From an uncultured virus (IMG/VR IMGVR_UViG_3300020599_000005) (taxonomy: Duplodnaviria > Heunggongvirae > Uroviricota > Caudoviricetes), in the IMG/VR virus record IMGVR_UViG_3300020599_000005: 64,000 nt of DNA. One strand, given 5' to 3'. Below, piece after piece: positions 18,960-28,680 of this stretch. A model generated the notes under the pieces. It was not told the DNA's origin. It saw nothing but the letters and a program-made list of their open reading frames with translations, and did no database searches. The translations under genes were made by a program, and so were the position numbers. Each line of letters begins with the position of its first letter. The stretch's first letter is position 1.

Positions 18960-21323
18960 TTGAGGCTAGACATTTACTCACACAACGTAACGGTCTCTGA
19001 TCTTAAGGAGGCCAATGCAAAAGCGGCAATCCTTGAGTTCTGTAGACCGTTGGTTGAAATGGGGCTTGAGCGAGGTCGAGGTGGGGCATTCAAACGAGTG
19101 CCCCTAAGGACATATGCGTCCGCCACTGCGGATCGGTCGGAATTTCGGTTCCATGCCAACCAGGCAGCGGACTTGATCAACTTCCTGGAGAGTCGCGGTT
19201 TCTCCGTGGGTAATGGCCTGGAGGTCAAGGAGCACCAGGCCGACCCCCACGACTACGCCCATGTAGAACACAAGTGGATCAGTACGAAGAAACCCAGGGA
19301 TAACCAACCACAGATCATCGATTACGTCCTGGAAGACGGCATCATCAAGATGATCACACTCCAGCCTGGCAAGGGAAAGGCGCTGCGTAGCGATACCCGG
19401 GTGAAAATCCCCGGTGGTTGGAAAGCGATCGGCAAACTTAAGGAGGGTGATAAGGTAATTTCTCGTGACGGTACGGCTACGACTGTTCTTGGGGTCTATC
19501 CTCAGGGTGAAGTTCCACTGTATCGTATCACATTCTGGGATGGTCGCACCATCGATGCCTGCGGCGAGCATCTCTGGCAGTCGTACTACCACAACTGCAA
19601 CAATCAGTGGCAGGTGCGCAATACCCTGGAACTTAAGCGTCTGCTTGACACGTATAACTCTAGAGTGTACGTACCCCTGATAGAGCCTGAGCAAGGTCCT
19701 GACGTAGAACTGCCCCTCGATCCATACGCGCTGGGTGGACTGCTTGGCGGTGGTGTACTGACACATAGTGCCGTGACACTGGATTTGATGGGCTTTGGAC
19801 CGCATGAGAAGTTTATTCCTGAAGCGTACCTCAACGCTTCTGCTGCGCAGCGCTGGGAACTGCTCCAAGGACTGATGGACATTGGTGGAAATTCCGATAG
19901 CAATGGGTCTGTGGAGTTCAGCACCAGCAGTGAAAGGTTAGCGAAGGACATGGTTAGTCTGGTCCATTCGCTGGGAGGTATTGCCGAAGCTAAACCTCAT
20001 CAAACTTCCTATCGCATCAAGGTTCGGGTGAAACGTCCGACTGAGCTCTTCAGACTTCCCAGGAAGAGGGCAACTGTCAAGGATGATAACCAGTACGCCC
20101 AGACCCTTAAACTCCGGATTCGTTCCATTGAACCCGTGGGAACTGGAGATGCGACGTGCATCAGGGTAGAACATCCTGAGGCGCTGTTCGTAGCAGAGGG
20201 TTACGTAGTCACCCACAACACCTTCCTTGCCATGTGGTGTGCGTGGAAACTGGGACTTAGGACAGTTTTTATTTTTAAAGGAGGGTTTGCTAAACGATGG
20301 CTCGAAGCGTTGGAAGAAACCTTCGAGTACGAGGACGGTGAACTGTTGCTCATCCGGGGTGCGGGTGGGATGGTGCGGCTGCAAGAGATGGCCCTGGATG
20401 GGTCGCTTAATGCCAAGTGCATCATCATTACCAACCAGACCATGCGGGACTACATCAAGGACTACGAGGACTCCAATGGGAAATCGGACATCTACCCGAT
20501 CCCCGCACCTTTGTTCTACCAGAAGACCGGCATCGGTTTCCGGGTCATGGACGAGGTGCACCTTGAGTTCCACCTGAACCTGCGGCAAGACCTCTACACC
20601 CACACGATGAAATCGCTGAGCCTCTCGGCCACAATGACTTCGTCTGATCAGTTCAAGAACCGCATGTACGACATCGCCTATCCGGTACGGGAACGTAACG
20701 ATGGCGGTGGCTATCACGTTTACATGTCGGTATCAGCGCTGATCTATCGGATCTCCAACCCTAAAGCATTGCGTTGGAAAGGGGGCACGGGAGGGTATCA
20801 CCACAACACGTTCGAACAGTCGCTGAACAGGAACAAGCAGACGCGTGAGAACTATCTGAAGATGATAGACCATATCGTCAAGATGAAGTTCATTAACGTA
20901 CGAGAGGAAGGGCAGAAAATGCTCGTCTTCTTTGCTTCTGTGGACATGTGCACCATGTACGAGAAGCGCTTGAAGAATCTGTACCCTGATCTGACGATTG
21001 CACGATACGTGCAAGGCGATAAGTACGAGGACATGCTCAATGCCGACATCACGGTTTCGACTGTGCTCTCGGCCGGTACGGCAGTCGATATCCCGAACCT
21101 GCGTGTCGCCCTCATGACCACTGCGATTGACTCGCAGCAGTCCAATGAGCAGGTGATGGGCCGGACACGGGTGTTGGTGGACTTCCCGGATGTGACCCCC
21201 GAGTTCCTTTACCTCTTGGCAGAGGACATTGATAGGCATGTTGCTTATCATCAAAACAAGAAGCAATTCTTCAGAGGGAAGGTTCTCGCGCATCACGAGG
21301 TTTATTTGCCGTTTTGGATCTGA
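18960..21323 (+). CDS. SF2 (UvsW/RAD25-like) helicase precursor containing an intein (phiKZ gp75-like); mature about 507 aa
   Basis: Walker A QPGKGK|T, DEVH, SAT, QVMGRTR; TTG start with AGGAGG RBS. Confidence 0.9.
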   Translation: MRLDIYSHNVTVSDLKEANAKAAILEFCRPLVEMGLERGRGGAFKRVPLRTYASATADRSEFRFHANQAADLINFLESRGFSVGNGLEVKEHQADPHDYAHVEHKWISTKKPRDNQPQIIDYVLEDGIIKMITLQPGKGKALRSDTRVKIPGGWKAIGKLKEGDKVISRDGTATTVLGVYPQGEVPLYRITFWDGRTIDACGEHLWQSYYHNCNNQWQVRNTLELKRLLDTYNSRVYVPLIEPEQGPDVELPLDPYALGGLLGGGVLTHSAVTLDLMGFGPHEKFIPEAYLNASAAQRWELLQGLMDIGGNSDSNGSVEFSTSSERLAKDMVSLVHSLGGIAEAKPHQTSYRIKVRVKRPTELFRLPRKRATVKDDNQYAQTLKLRIRSIEPVGTGDATCIRVEHPEALFVAEGYVVTHNTFLAMWCAWKLGLRTVFIFKGGFAKRWLEALEETFEYEDGELLLIRGAGGMVRLQEMALDGSLNAKCIIITNQTMRDYIKDYEDSNGKSDIYPIPAPLFYQKTGIGFRVMDEVHLEFHLNLRQDLYTHTMKSLSLSATMTSSDQFKNRMYDIAYPVRERNDGGGYHVYMSVSALIYRISNPKALRWKGGTGGYHHNTFEQSLNRNKQTRENYLKMIDHIVKMKFINVREEGQKMLVFFASVDMCTMYEKRLKNLYPDLTIARYVQGDKYEDMLNADITVSTVLSAGTAVDIPNLRVALMTTAIDSQQSNEQVMGRTRVLVDFPDVTPEFLYLLAEDIDRHVAYHQNKKQFFRGKVLAHHEVYLPFWI
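19380..20219 (+). mobile_element. Intein (280 aa), Ala-initiated class-3 type, with degenerate LAGLIDADG domain
   Basis: ALRSDTRV start; block B CGEHLW; block F ATCIRV; terminal VVTHN followed by +1 Thr. Confidence 0.92.
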
Positions 21324-21422
21324 TGGACGTCCTGGGGCACTCGTGGACGTTACTGGACACTAAATATTTACTTAAACAGGCATTTAGTCGGGAGGCATGG
21401 GGCTTCCTGACTTTATGCCGTT

Positions 21423-22364
21423 ATGGAGAGTTTCACTATGCCGCAATCTGCCCCCGAGCAAAAGAAACCCAAGCTCTACGCCCGTCGCATCAACGAAGAC
21501 GGTGTGTGGTACCCTGCTCTACCACACAGCCAAGACTGGGAAATCTATCAGAAAGACGTGCTGGAATTCGCTGAGCCTTATCTGACGTACTTGGACGATA
21601 AGAACTACGTCCCGGTACCGGTGGTAGAACGTTTGGTTAAACAAATGGCTGATGACTTCTGCGAGAAGAACGAAGTCGAGCGTGTAGCGAACTATAGCGA
21701 CACAATCTTCATGCTGCTGGTCGCACGACGACTGGGTCACCCGGATGTTATCGGGCTGAGGAACACCAAGCGGACTCTGACTCGACATTACGAGAAGCTG
21801 GACAAGCTGTACTTCGCTTGGGTAGACCGCAAGAAGAAACAAGAACTCAAATGGCGCCGTATCCTCGCCAACCAATTGGGACCGCGTCGTTTCTATTTCG
21901 AACACGATACTCGGCTGGTGAAAACCATCGAGGATGTGCTACGCACGTATACGGACGACATCTTGAAATCTCGCCAGCAACGCTGGGATAACCCAGGTCG
22001 TCGGTTCCAGGGGGATGACTACCGCCTGGTCTTCAACAACATCTTCTCGCGGGTTGAAGTGCATCCCGATGCTAAACTCGCCAGGAACCCTGATGAACTT
22101 AAGAAACTCGTCAGGGCATTGTTCACTTGGCACCATCGTCGTCACTTCAGGGCATCCGACATCTTCTACAGCTGCGGCATGATCCCCGATGAGTACCGTA
22201 AGAAGACCTACCACCACCGTCTCATTGGTGGGTTCGTTCCACCGGAGTACGAAGAGAAGGAAGACGATCATGAAATCCCGGACGAGTACATCGACTCCGA
22301 GGAAGAAGTGGGTGACGACGTCGGTAATCGTGCCGAGCCCAACGAAGATGCATCATCCACTTAG
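21423..22364 (+). CDS. Hypothetical protein with acidic tail
   Basis: 313 aa ORF; may start at 21438 after GGAG. Confidence 0.75.
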   Translation: MESFTMPQSAPEQKKPKLYARRINEDGVWYPALPHSQDWEIYQKDVLEFAEPYLTYLDDKNYVPVPVVERLVKQMADDFCEKNEVERVANYSDTIFMLLVARRLGHPDVIGLRNTKRTLTRHYEKLDKLYFAWVDRKKKQELKWRRILANQLGPRRFYFEHDTRLVKTIEDVLRTYTDDILKSRQQRWDNPGRRFQGDDYRLVFNNIFSRVEVHPDAKLARNPDELKKLVRALFTWHHRRHFRASDIFYSCGMIPDEYRKKTYHHRLIGGFVPPEYEEKEDDHEIPDEYIDSEEEVGDDVGNRAEPNEDASST

Positions 22365-22376
22365 GGAACATTAAAC

Positions 22377-23039
22377 ATGAAAATTATTAGCACTCCGATA
22401 GGCAATGTACCAATTGTCCATGACGACCAGCATTCTCAAACCATCAAGCGCCTTAATTCGATCGAAGGTATCCAAGTTTCCGGCGTAGAATTGGGTCCAT
22501 TTTTCGTCTACATGGATAGTGTCTATCATCTGGTGGCTACCAAAGCAGGCGTTGAAACCTTTCACAAGGTCCTGGGTAAGCTCTGCGATCTCTTTGAAGG
22601 TAAGCTCCCCACTCGACTCGAATGGGAACCAGCAATGGTCATCGGCAATGGTGATTTCGTCTATCACGCTCGTTTTGTCTGCGCTAGAAATCACTCTTGG
22701 GCTTGCATGCTTGACGAAGTGCTGGGTCAACAAGAGATTCCATTAAAGGGAGAAGGTACGTATTACTTGGGTGACAAACCCCTCTACCTTTGCAATTTCG
22801 ATGAAATCAAAGTAGGCACCAAGATCTATTGGCCGGATGGACGCCTGACCAAAGTGGTGAGGGAGTCCAAAATTACGATGATGGTATTCGAGTCCCACGG
22901 CGTCGTAACTGACCAACTGCGGGATAAGTTAGGAACTACACTGGCCATACAACTCAACCGCTGGACCACGTCTAATGAAGTGGATAGCATTCTGGTCGAC
23001 CTCAGCCAAAAGAACGTCTCCGTCATCGACCACGAGTAA
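22377..23039 (+). CDS. Hypothetical protein
   Basis: 220 aa, RBS AGGGA. Confidence 0.7.
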   Translation: MKIISTPIGNVPIVHDDQHSQTIKRLNSIEGIQVSGVELGPFFVYMDSVYHLVATKAGVETFHKVLGKLCDLFEGKLPTRLEWEPAMVIGNGDFVYHARFVCARNHSWACMLDEVLGQQEIPLKGEGTYYLGDKPLYLCNFDEIKVGTKIYWPDGRLTKVVRESKITMMVFESHGVVTDQLRDKLGTTLAIQLNRWTTSNEVDSILVDLSQKNVSVIDHE

Positions 23040-23126
23040 GGAAACCCCTTGAGCAAAACTAAGAAGATCGACGAACTTCATGGCGTGCTGTAAGCGGCAT
23101 ACAGGGAGGGCTACGGCCCTCCCTGC

Positions 23127-23588
23127 TTATGTCGTTTTCTTTTTGCCCAAAACGATGTGGACATCAAAGTCCAGCGTCTTCAAGACATCCAGCATGATAG
23201 AGCGGATGTCTCGTTTATAGTCCAACCCACCATTCCCGCACCCTAGAGGAGGAATCGCCAGGCTGGTGATCTCCAGACTCTCAGCCATCATGACCAACTT
23301 CTCGAGGTTGGTTTCAATCAGGACAGGATCAGAGCGTTCCCGCCAGTGACCCTTGGTAGGTAGACTGACGATCTGTTGTCCTGTCTCCTTCCATTTGTAG
23401 CGCCACAGCTGCGTTACTTCGAATTGACCACTGAAACACAATTCCCGATACCGCTGATAGAACCCTGGTACTCGTTTACGAAATTCCAAGGACAGCCCTT
23501 TCCCGGCTGCACCTGCGACATTACAGGGGTTCACCAAGGTCTGCATCCCTGATTCGAAGATGTCTTCGTAGATTTCGATGACAGCCAT
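23127..23588 (-). CDS. Macrodomain protein (DarG/Appr-1-p-processing-like ADP-ribosyl hydrolase)
   Basis: LVNPCN..GAAGKGL, PTK.HWR, AIPPLGCGNGGL motifs. Confidence 0.88.
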   Translation of the reverse strand: MAVIEIYEDIFESGMQTLVNPCNVAGAAGKGLSLEFRKRVPGFYQRYRELCFSGQFEVTQLWRYKWKETGQQIVSLPTKGHWRERSDPVLIETNLEKLVMMAESLEITSLAIPPLGCGNGGLDYKRDIRSIMLDVLKTLDFDVHIVLGKKKTT

Positions 23589-23597
23589 GTCGATACC

Positions 23598-23894
23598 TCA
23601 GGCGTACTGGTCGTAAAGACGATCCATACGCGTACGATGTTCATGTTCAATGGCCTGGAGCTTGCGCTCATAGTCGCTCATGAGATTACCACTACCGCAT
23701 TGCCCGCAATACCCACCACAGGTAACACAGACCACCGAGACTTTGTCGGCATGGACTTCCAGGCCATCTTTCTTCATCTCAGTGCTTAGCAGGTACACAC
23801 GCAGATCCCTGTGTGCCCTCTCCAGCTCCTTAGCACGCTTAAAGCGTCTAGCTTGTACGAGCTTCTCTAGCCAGCGCGCCAGCATCGTTCTCAT
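23598..23894 (-). CDS. Small Cys-rich (CxxCxxxCxxC) protein
   Basis: CVTCGGYCGQC; AAGGAG RBS. Confidence 0.7.
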   Translation of the reverse strand: MRTMLARWLEKLVQARRFKRAKELERAHRDLRVYLLSTEMKKDGLEVHADKVSVVCVTCGGYCGQCGSGNLMSDYERKLQAIEHEHRTRMDRLYDQYA

Positions 23895-23945
23895 TCTTCT
23901 TCTCCTTGGCTACTACGGCAGATGAGAGGGCCCTAAGGCCCTCCA

Positions 23946-24377
23946 TCATAACCACGATTTCTTACCACCACTGCCTTCGTAGTTCTCCATCATTTGCTTG
24001 GTCCGCTGATATTCCTCTTTCTCAGCCTCACCACAGTCTTCCAGAATCAGTCGACCGATATGACGTGGGTACTTTAGGAACTCCGACAGACTCATGTTGA
24101 AATGATGGCCTACCCGATGGCGACGGAACGACCGGATGACATTGGCCATCCGGCTGTACTTCACCACGTTCTCTTTATCGTGCAGCCTTACCAGGGCCAA
24201 GGGCTCGTTCGGGTTCTCGCGATCGTGGTTGTAGAGACGGAAGGTTGTCTCGTACGCTTCCAGGATCAGGAGTTGTGCCAAAATCGAGTCTGTACGCCTG
24301 GCGTAGTACAGCAGCTCGTCCAGTGACTTTGGATTGGGGTCGTCGAGCACCCGTAGTCCAAAGCCACGGTTTAGCAC
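23946..24377 (-). CDS. Hypothetical protein; probable -1 frameshift extension of the upstream gene (T4 gp51/tail-chaperone-like)
   Basis: No clear RBS at its GTG; frame open back to the U8 run at 24446-24453; MSLSEFLKYP motif. Confidence 0.7.
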   Translation of the reverse strand: MLNRGFGLRVLDDPNPKSLDELLYYARRTDSILAQLLILEAYETTFRLYNHDRENPNEPLALVRLHDKENVVKYSRMANVIRSFRRHRVGHHFNMSLSEFLKYPRHIGRLILEDCGEAEKEEYQRTKQMMENYEGSGGKKSWL

Positions 24378-24391
24378 GTGAGCGTCGGGAT

Positions 24392-26008
24392 CTAGAAAAT
24401 CCCCTGAGCCACCAGCTTGCCGGAAATTCTCTGGCCGAGCAGGGTAAAAAAAACGTTCACGATATCGAGAGGGATGAGGTTCGGATGACGCAGGTATTCC
24501 TCATCCGGTTCGCCTTGGCATTTCGGGCAGGGGAACTTCGGCAACGCGATCATGGTGATCGTAGTCGCATCGATGTAGTTGGCGATACCTTCTACGGTCT
24601 TGGTCAGGATGGCGCTATCCGAGCAGAAGGATTCAAGCAGTTCATTAATCCGATCACGATCGGTGAACTCTCGCTCATTCCCGCCACGATTGACCTGGAT
24701 GGACTCGATCCAGTGACCGTATTGACGCAGGCTGGTCAGGGCAGCTTGCTTACGGATGTACGCCTCACGCTGGTTTTCACCCATCTTGATCGCGAAGGCT
24801 TTCTTGGTGTTCTCAGCGATCTGGTCCACCCAGGCGTAGCCAATGTCACGACTTTCAGCGATGCTCGGCACGTGCAGCTTGACGAACACACCGTCCATGA
24901 TCTCGACCACCGCAGGCGCTTTGAAGACGAACTGCTCCTGGTAGGTCTTGATTTTCTCCATGGACATCTTCTCGCCGCGCAGGCGCATGTGGTTCTTCTG
25001 CTGGTCGGTCAGCATACCCGAGTCGGTAAAACTGATCTTGCCGATGTTGATCAGTTCCTCCACGACGTGGTCGCAGGTTTCCGGGTTGGCGATGCACGGC
25101 TGGAGCAGCGGATAGCCGTTGGGGTAGATAGCTGCTGCCATGCCCCAGACCAGCTGCGGGATGTCGGTGGCTTTGATGACTTCAGCCAGCAGTTCCGGCG
25201 ACTTGTTCGGCAGGTTGACTGCGTAAACGTGCTCGAAGATGAAGTCGATCAGGTGGCTGATGATGTACACTTCGGTGGCAGAGAACACCAAGCCATTGGA
25301 AGAACGACCCAGGGTGGTCTTCTCCATGCTGATGCGCTGTTCCAGTTCGAGCAGTTCTGCTTCGGTCGGGGTTTGCAGCGTTACCCAGATACCCGAATGC
25401 CACAGCGGGATTTGCACCAGACCGCCCAGGCCCAGTTCGTTGCGCACCACCATCACCGGGTTGGCATCGCCGGCCAGCTGTGCCTTACCGGCCCGCAGCT
25501 TTTCACCATTGATCTCGACGAACGGTGACCAGAGCGAGCCTTCACGTGCCAAGGTGCTCTTGAAGTAGTAGGTCTGCAACAAGTCGCTCGCATGGCCCAT
25601 GATGACCTTGGCGCGTTGCAGTTGTGCAGGCAGGTCCTGGTTGGCGTCTTCGTAGTCGAACTCGTACTTCGCGATCTGCGCTTGGATCTCGTCCATGCCT
25701 GTCATGAGTAACCCGAGAGCGTTACCTACATGCAGCTGCATGTTCTTGTCGGTGACGTCTTTGAACGGCCACCAGGCCGGTACCTTGCTGTTCTTGCCAG
25801 CTTCACCCAGGTCGACATTGAGGTTGGGCTTAAAGCCTGCCAGGGTTTCCGGTGGTGCGTCGGACGGCGCGGTTTCGCCCAGTACCACAGTACCGAAACC
25901 ATCATCATCGTCCTGAGGCGTGGGTGGCGTTACATCGACCCCCTCGGTCGATGCTTCGTTAACCAGCGGTTCCTGGTGTTCGTCTTGGGTGAGATTCTCT
26001 TCGCTCAT
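24392..26008 (-). CDS. Conserved phiKZ gp77-like protein, putative baseplate-hub/tail assembly chaperone
   Basis: 538 aa; C....C and CPKC Zn motifs; near its C-terminus N-V-F-F spans a slippery run. Confidence 0.75.
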   Translation of the reverse strand: MSEENLTQDEHQEPLVNEASTEGVDVTPPTPQDDDDGFGTVVLGETAPSDAPPETLAGFKPNLNVDLGEAGKNSKVPAWWPFKDVTDKNMQLHVGNALGLLMTGMDEIQAQIAKYEFDYEDANQDLPAQLQRAKVIMGHASDLLQTYYFKSTLAREGSLWSPFVEINGEKLRAGKAQLAGDANPVMVVRNELGLGGLVQIPLWHSGIWVTLQTPTEAELLELEQRISMEKTTLGRSSNGLVFSATEVYIISHLIDFIFEHVYAVNLPNKSPELLAEVIKATDIPQLVWGMAAAIYPNGYPLLQPCIANPETCDHVVEELINIGKISFTDSGMLTDQQKNHMRLRGEKMSMEKIKTYQEQFVFKAPAVVEIMDGVFVKLHVPSIAESRDIGYAWVDQIAENTKKAFAIKMGENQREAYIRKQAALTSLRQYGHWIESIQVNRGGNEREFTDRDRINELLESFCSDSAILTKTVEGIANYIDATTITMIALPKFPCPKCQGEPDEEYLRHPNLIPLDIVNVFFTLLGQRISGKLVAQGIF

Positions 26009-26442
26009 TACTTCTGGTCCTTGTCAATCTTCTGGATGACAGTGGTGATGTCGGCGGCGGCCGGCAGTAATACCGTGGTCATCTTCTCGATCACCGCAAT
26101 GTATTCATTGCCGAGGTTGAAGGCATCGAAGTGTTGACCCACACCCCGAGGTCTACCTTTGCAGCCCTGATGTTTGGCTTTGAGTTGGTTGAGCTGTTGA
26201 CTGAAATGCTGAATATCTCGACTCAGCATACTGGCCAGGCGATCGACGCGTGCAGCATCGTCACCTGCTTTCTTGGCGTAACCGCCCTTTACGTAGAGCG
26301 TCAGCGGACCGGTGGCTTGTACCATCACCTCGGTCGCCCTTTTATATAGTTGATTCAGCTCGTCGTAAACACCGACGGGCTTTTTCCGATTAACCATGGC
26401 GAATATACCTCTAATTCGTTCCCAATCCGGCAACCACTTCAT
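26008..26442 (-). CDS. Conserved hypothetical helical protein
   Basis: TAATG coupling with downstream gene; start may be 26397 (GAGG RBS). Confidence 0.7.
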   Translation of the reverse strand: MKWLPDWERIRGIFAMVNRKKPVGVYDELNQLYKRATEVMVQATGPLTLYVKGGYAKKAGDDAARVDRLASMLSRDIQHFSQQLNQLKAKHQGCKGRPRGVGQHFDAFNLGNEYIAVIEKMTTVLLPAAADITTVIQKIDKDQK

Positions 26443-26480
26443 AATAGTGGTATATTAACTAAAATATTAGGATTTGAACA

Positions 26481-27326
26481 ATGTCCGTAGAACTCAGAGA
26501 TTTTCTCGATGGTCGAGGTCATCCGGAGTTGATCGACATCATGGTCGCTCTAGATGAAGTTTTGGTGACCATTGGGTTCACTGCACACCAGGACGAGTAC
26601 GATTTCCTGATTACCATCGAGTCGTCGGAACCCCAGGACGCGATCCTGGAGGATGTGACTAAGATCCTGCGAGTGGGCGTGGATACCGCCATGCAGGCTT
26701 TTGGGTTGGGAATATCCGATCTCACCCCACTGAAGATGCTGTTGGAGTTGGTACCCGCAGTGGGTAATTTCTACGTAGGCGATGACGCCGATGCCTTGTC
26801 ATCGATCGTTGAGTCGGAGATGCCGTCGGATGAGGCGTTCTGCGAGTTCCTGGAGCTGCGTACCCAATGGTCGGCAGAGGAGTGGATGCCCTATATCCTT
26901 ACTGTCCCGGATACCCTGATCGAAACCATCGGTCGGGAAGTGGACAAGTACCAGGAGACCAGCGAGAATCAAGGGCTGGTCGACCTGGCGATTAAGAACC
27001 GCGTGGACTGGTTCCACGAACAAGAAGAGAATGTGGCCAGTAAGATCGCCGTCTCCGATGGTGTGCCTTATGGTACCTCGATGGAAAGTCTGTATAACGT
27101 TTACGGTGATCAGCTGGCTGGCATGTCCATGGGGGATGCCATCACCGGCCTGGTGTCCCTGACGCTGATGTCGGACGTTTCGCTGGAATCTGTGCACGAT
27201 GAAGCTGCACATTTTCTCGAGGACCTTTATCCCGATCTGGAGTCTTCCCAGAAAGCCCATCGGCTGCTGCGTGAGAAGACCCAGCGTCTGACCAGCTACC
27301 AACCCAAAGGTGGGAATGATGCATAA
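26481..27326 (+). CDS. Conserved acidic hypothetical protein (phiKZ gp79-like)
   Basis: 281 aa, AGGA RBS, precedes the vRNAP subunit. Confidence 0.75.
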   Translation: MSVELRDFLDGRGHPELIDIMVALDEVLVTIGFTAHQDEYDFLITIESSEPQDAILEDVTKILRVGVDTAMQAFGLGISDLTPLKMLLELVPAVGNFYVGDDADALSSIVESEMPSDEAFCEFLELRTQWSAEEWMPYILTVPDTLIETIGREVDKYQETSENQGLVDLAIKNRVDWFHEQEENVASKIAVSDGVPYGTSMESLYNVYGDQLAGMSMGDAITGLVSLTLMSDVSLESVHDEAAHFLEDLYPDLESSQKAHRLLREKTQRLTSYQPKGGNDA

Positions 27327-28668
27327 GCGCGACCTTTACTTCCATGCGCTCAATGAAGGTGCACACCTGCGCAAGGCCTGGGTCCTCAAAGCGTTCTCCG
27401 TCACCCGTGATCGCCCAGGTGTTCAAGTCAAGCCCTGGGACATCCGTTACAACCGCGACAATACCGAAGCCTACGTCCGGCAGCCAGACAACTCCTTCGA
27501 TTGGGAGCCCCTTGAAGAAGAGATCTGGGATTCCACTCCCAATGGACTGATGCCGGTTACGGTACCGATACCGCCCATGCAACCTGTGTTCATTGCCAGT
27601 GAGCCGATTAAGCTCCAGGCCGGTGAGGTGCCCAACCTCAAACGTAACGTGGAGAGCACCTATGGCGATGTACTTTTCAACTGGCGTGTCCTTGTGTATG
27701 CATTCGGGGATCTGCTGGATTATGTCGTCGGTCCGGTGAACATCAAAGCCATTGAGAAAGAAATCGTGGCTAGGATGGTGAATAACCCCAAACGTGGAGA
27801 GCCGGAGGATGATTCCCAGCTCTATGTCTACAAGTACCTGCGTTACGGTCAAGCGATTTCCGACTTGGCTGGCTTTACCCAACTGTGGGTCCCCGCCGCC
27901 ACCCCGAAATCCCTTCAAACTGATCCAGCAATTCGTCAGCGCCGTACGGAGTTGCTGGAGAAGCATAAAGACCGCCTGCATGACCCGGCTGTAATCGCTG
28001 AGATTCAGAACGAACTGGTGCAGATGGACCGTAACTGGATCAAAGGCGATCCATCCGAAGGGTTCTTCCTCCAGGATAAGGTGTACAACACCGCCCGTAA
28101 GCGGATGTTCCTGATCCACGGTCCTGAGGCAGGCTTCGATGAAGGCGGCAACGCCGAGTTGGTGGTCAACTCCCTTGATGAGGGCTGGGACATCAGCAAG
28201 ATGCCGGTGATGATCAACTCGTTGCGCGCAGGCTCTTACTACCGTGGGGCGCTGACGGCACTCGGTGGTGAGTCGGTGAAGTTCTTCCTGAGGGTCTTCC
28301 AGAACACCTACATCTCCGAGCAGGACTGCGGTGTCAAGTTCGGTAAGATCGTCGAGGTGGATAAAGACAACATCGGTGACTTGGAAGGTTTCTACCAGAT
28401 CATCCAAGGTAAGCCCCACCTGTTGACTGCCGAATCACTTAAGCCGTTGATGGGCCAGCGCATCATGGTCCGTAGCCCGCAGTATTGTCAAACAGCACAC
28501 TCTGACTACTGCGCCACCTGCATGGGCCTGAAAAACTCTGAGAACCCTAATGGTTTGGGTTCTGCTGCATCGGACGTAGGTTCCTTGTTCATGGGTATCA
28601 TGATGGCGTCTGCGCACGCCAAGGAACTGAAGACCGCTCCGCTGCGCGTCAAAACTTTCCTTACGTAA
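27316..28668 (+). CDS. Virion RNAP beta' middle subunit (phiKZ gp80-like)
   Basis: NSLDEGW, RAGSYYRG..TALGG, DCG, VRSPQYC..CATCMG, MASAH motifs. Confidence 0.88.
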   Translation: MMHKRDLYFHALNEGAHLRKAWVLKAFSVTRDRPGVQVKPWDIRYNRDNTEAYVRQPDNSFDWEPLEEEIWDSTPNGLMPVTVPIPPMQPVFIASEPIKLQAGEVPNLKRNVESTYGDVLFNWRVLVYAFGDLLDYVVGPVNIKAIEKEIVARMVNNPKRGEPEDDSQLYVYKYLRYGQAISDLAGFTQLWVPAATPKSLQTDPAIRQRRTELLEKHKDRLHDPAVIAEIQNELVQMDRNWIKGDPSEGFFLQDKVYNTARKRMFLIHGPEAGFDEGGNAELVVNSLDEGWDISKMPVMINSLRAGSYYRGALTALGGESVKFFLRVFQNTYISEQDCGVKFGKIVEVDKDNIGDLEGFYQIIQGKPHLLTAESLKPLMGQRIMVRSPQYCQTAHSDYCATCMGLKNSENPNGLGSAASDVGSLFMGIMMASAHAKELKTAPLRVKTFLT

Positions 28669-28680
28669 CTGGAGATTCAC

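Noticed and set aside
21650..21750. MazG-like pattern in ORF 21423-22364 (ERVANYSDTIFMLL)
   Set aside because: The acidic EExxE...ExxD signature is incomplete; too weak to call
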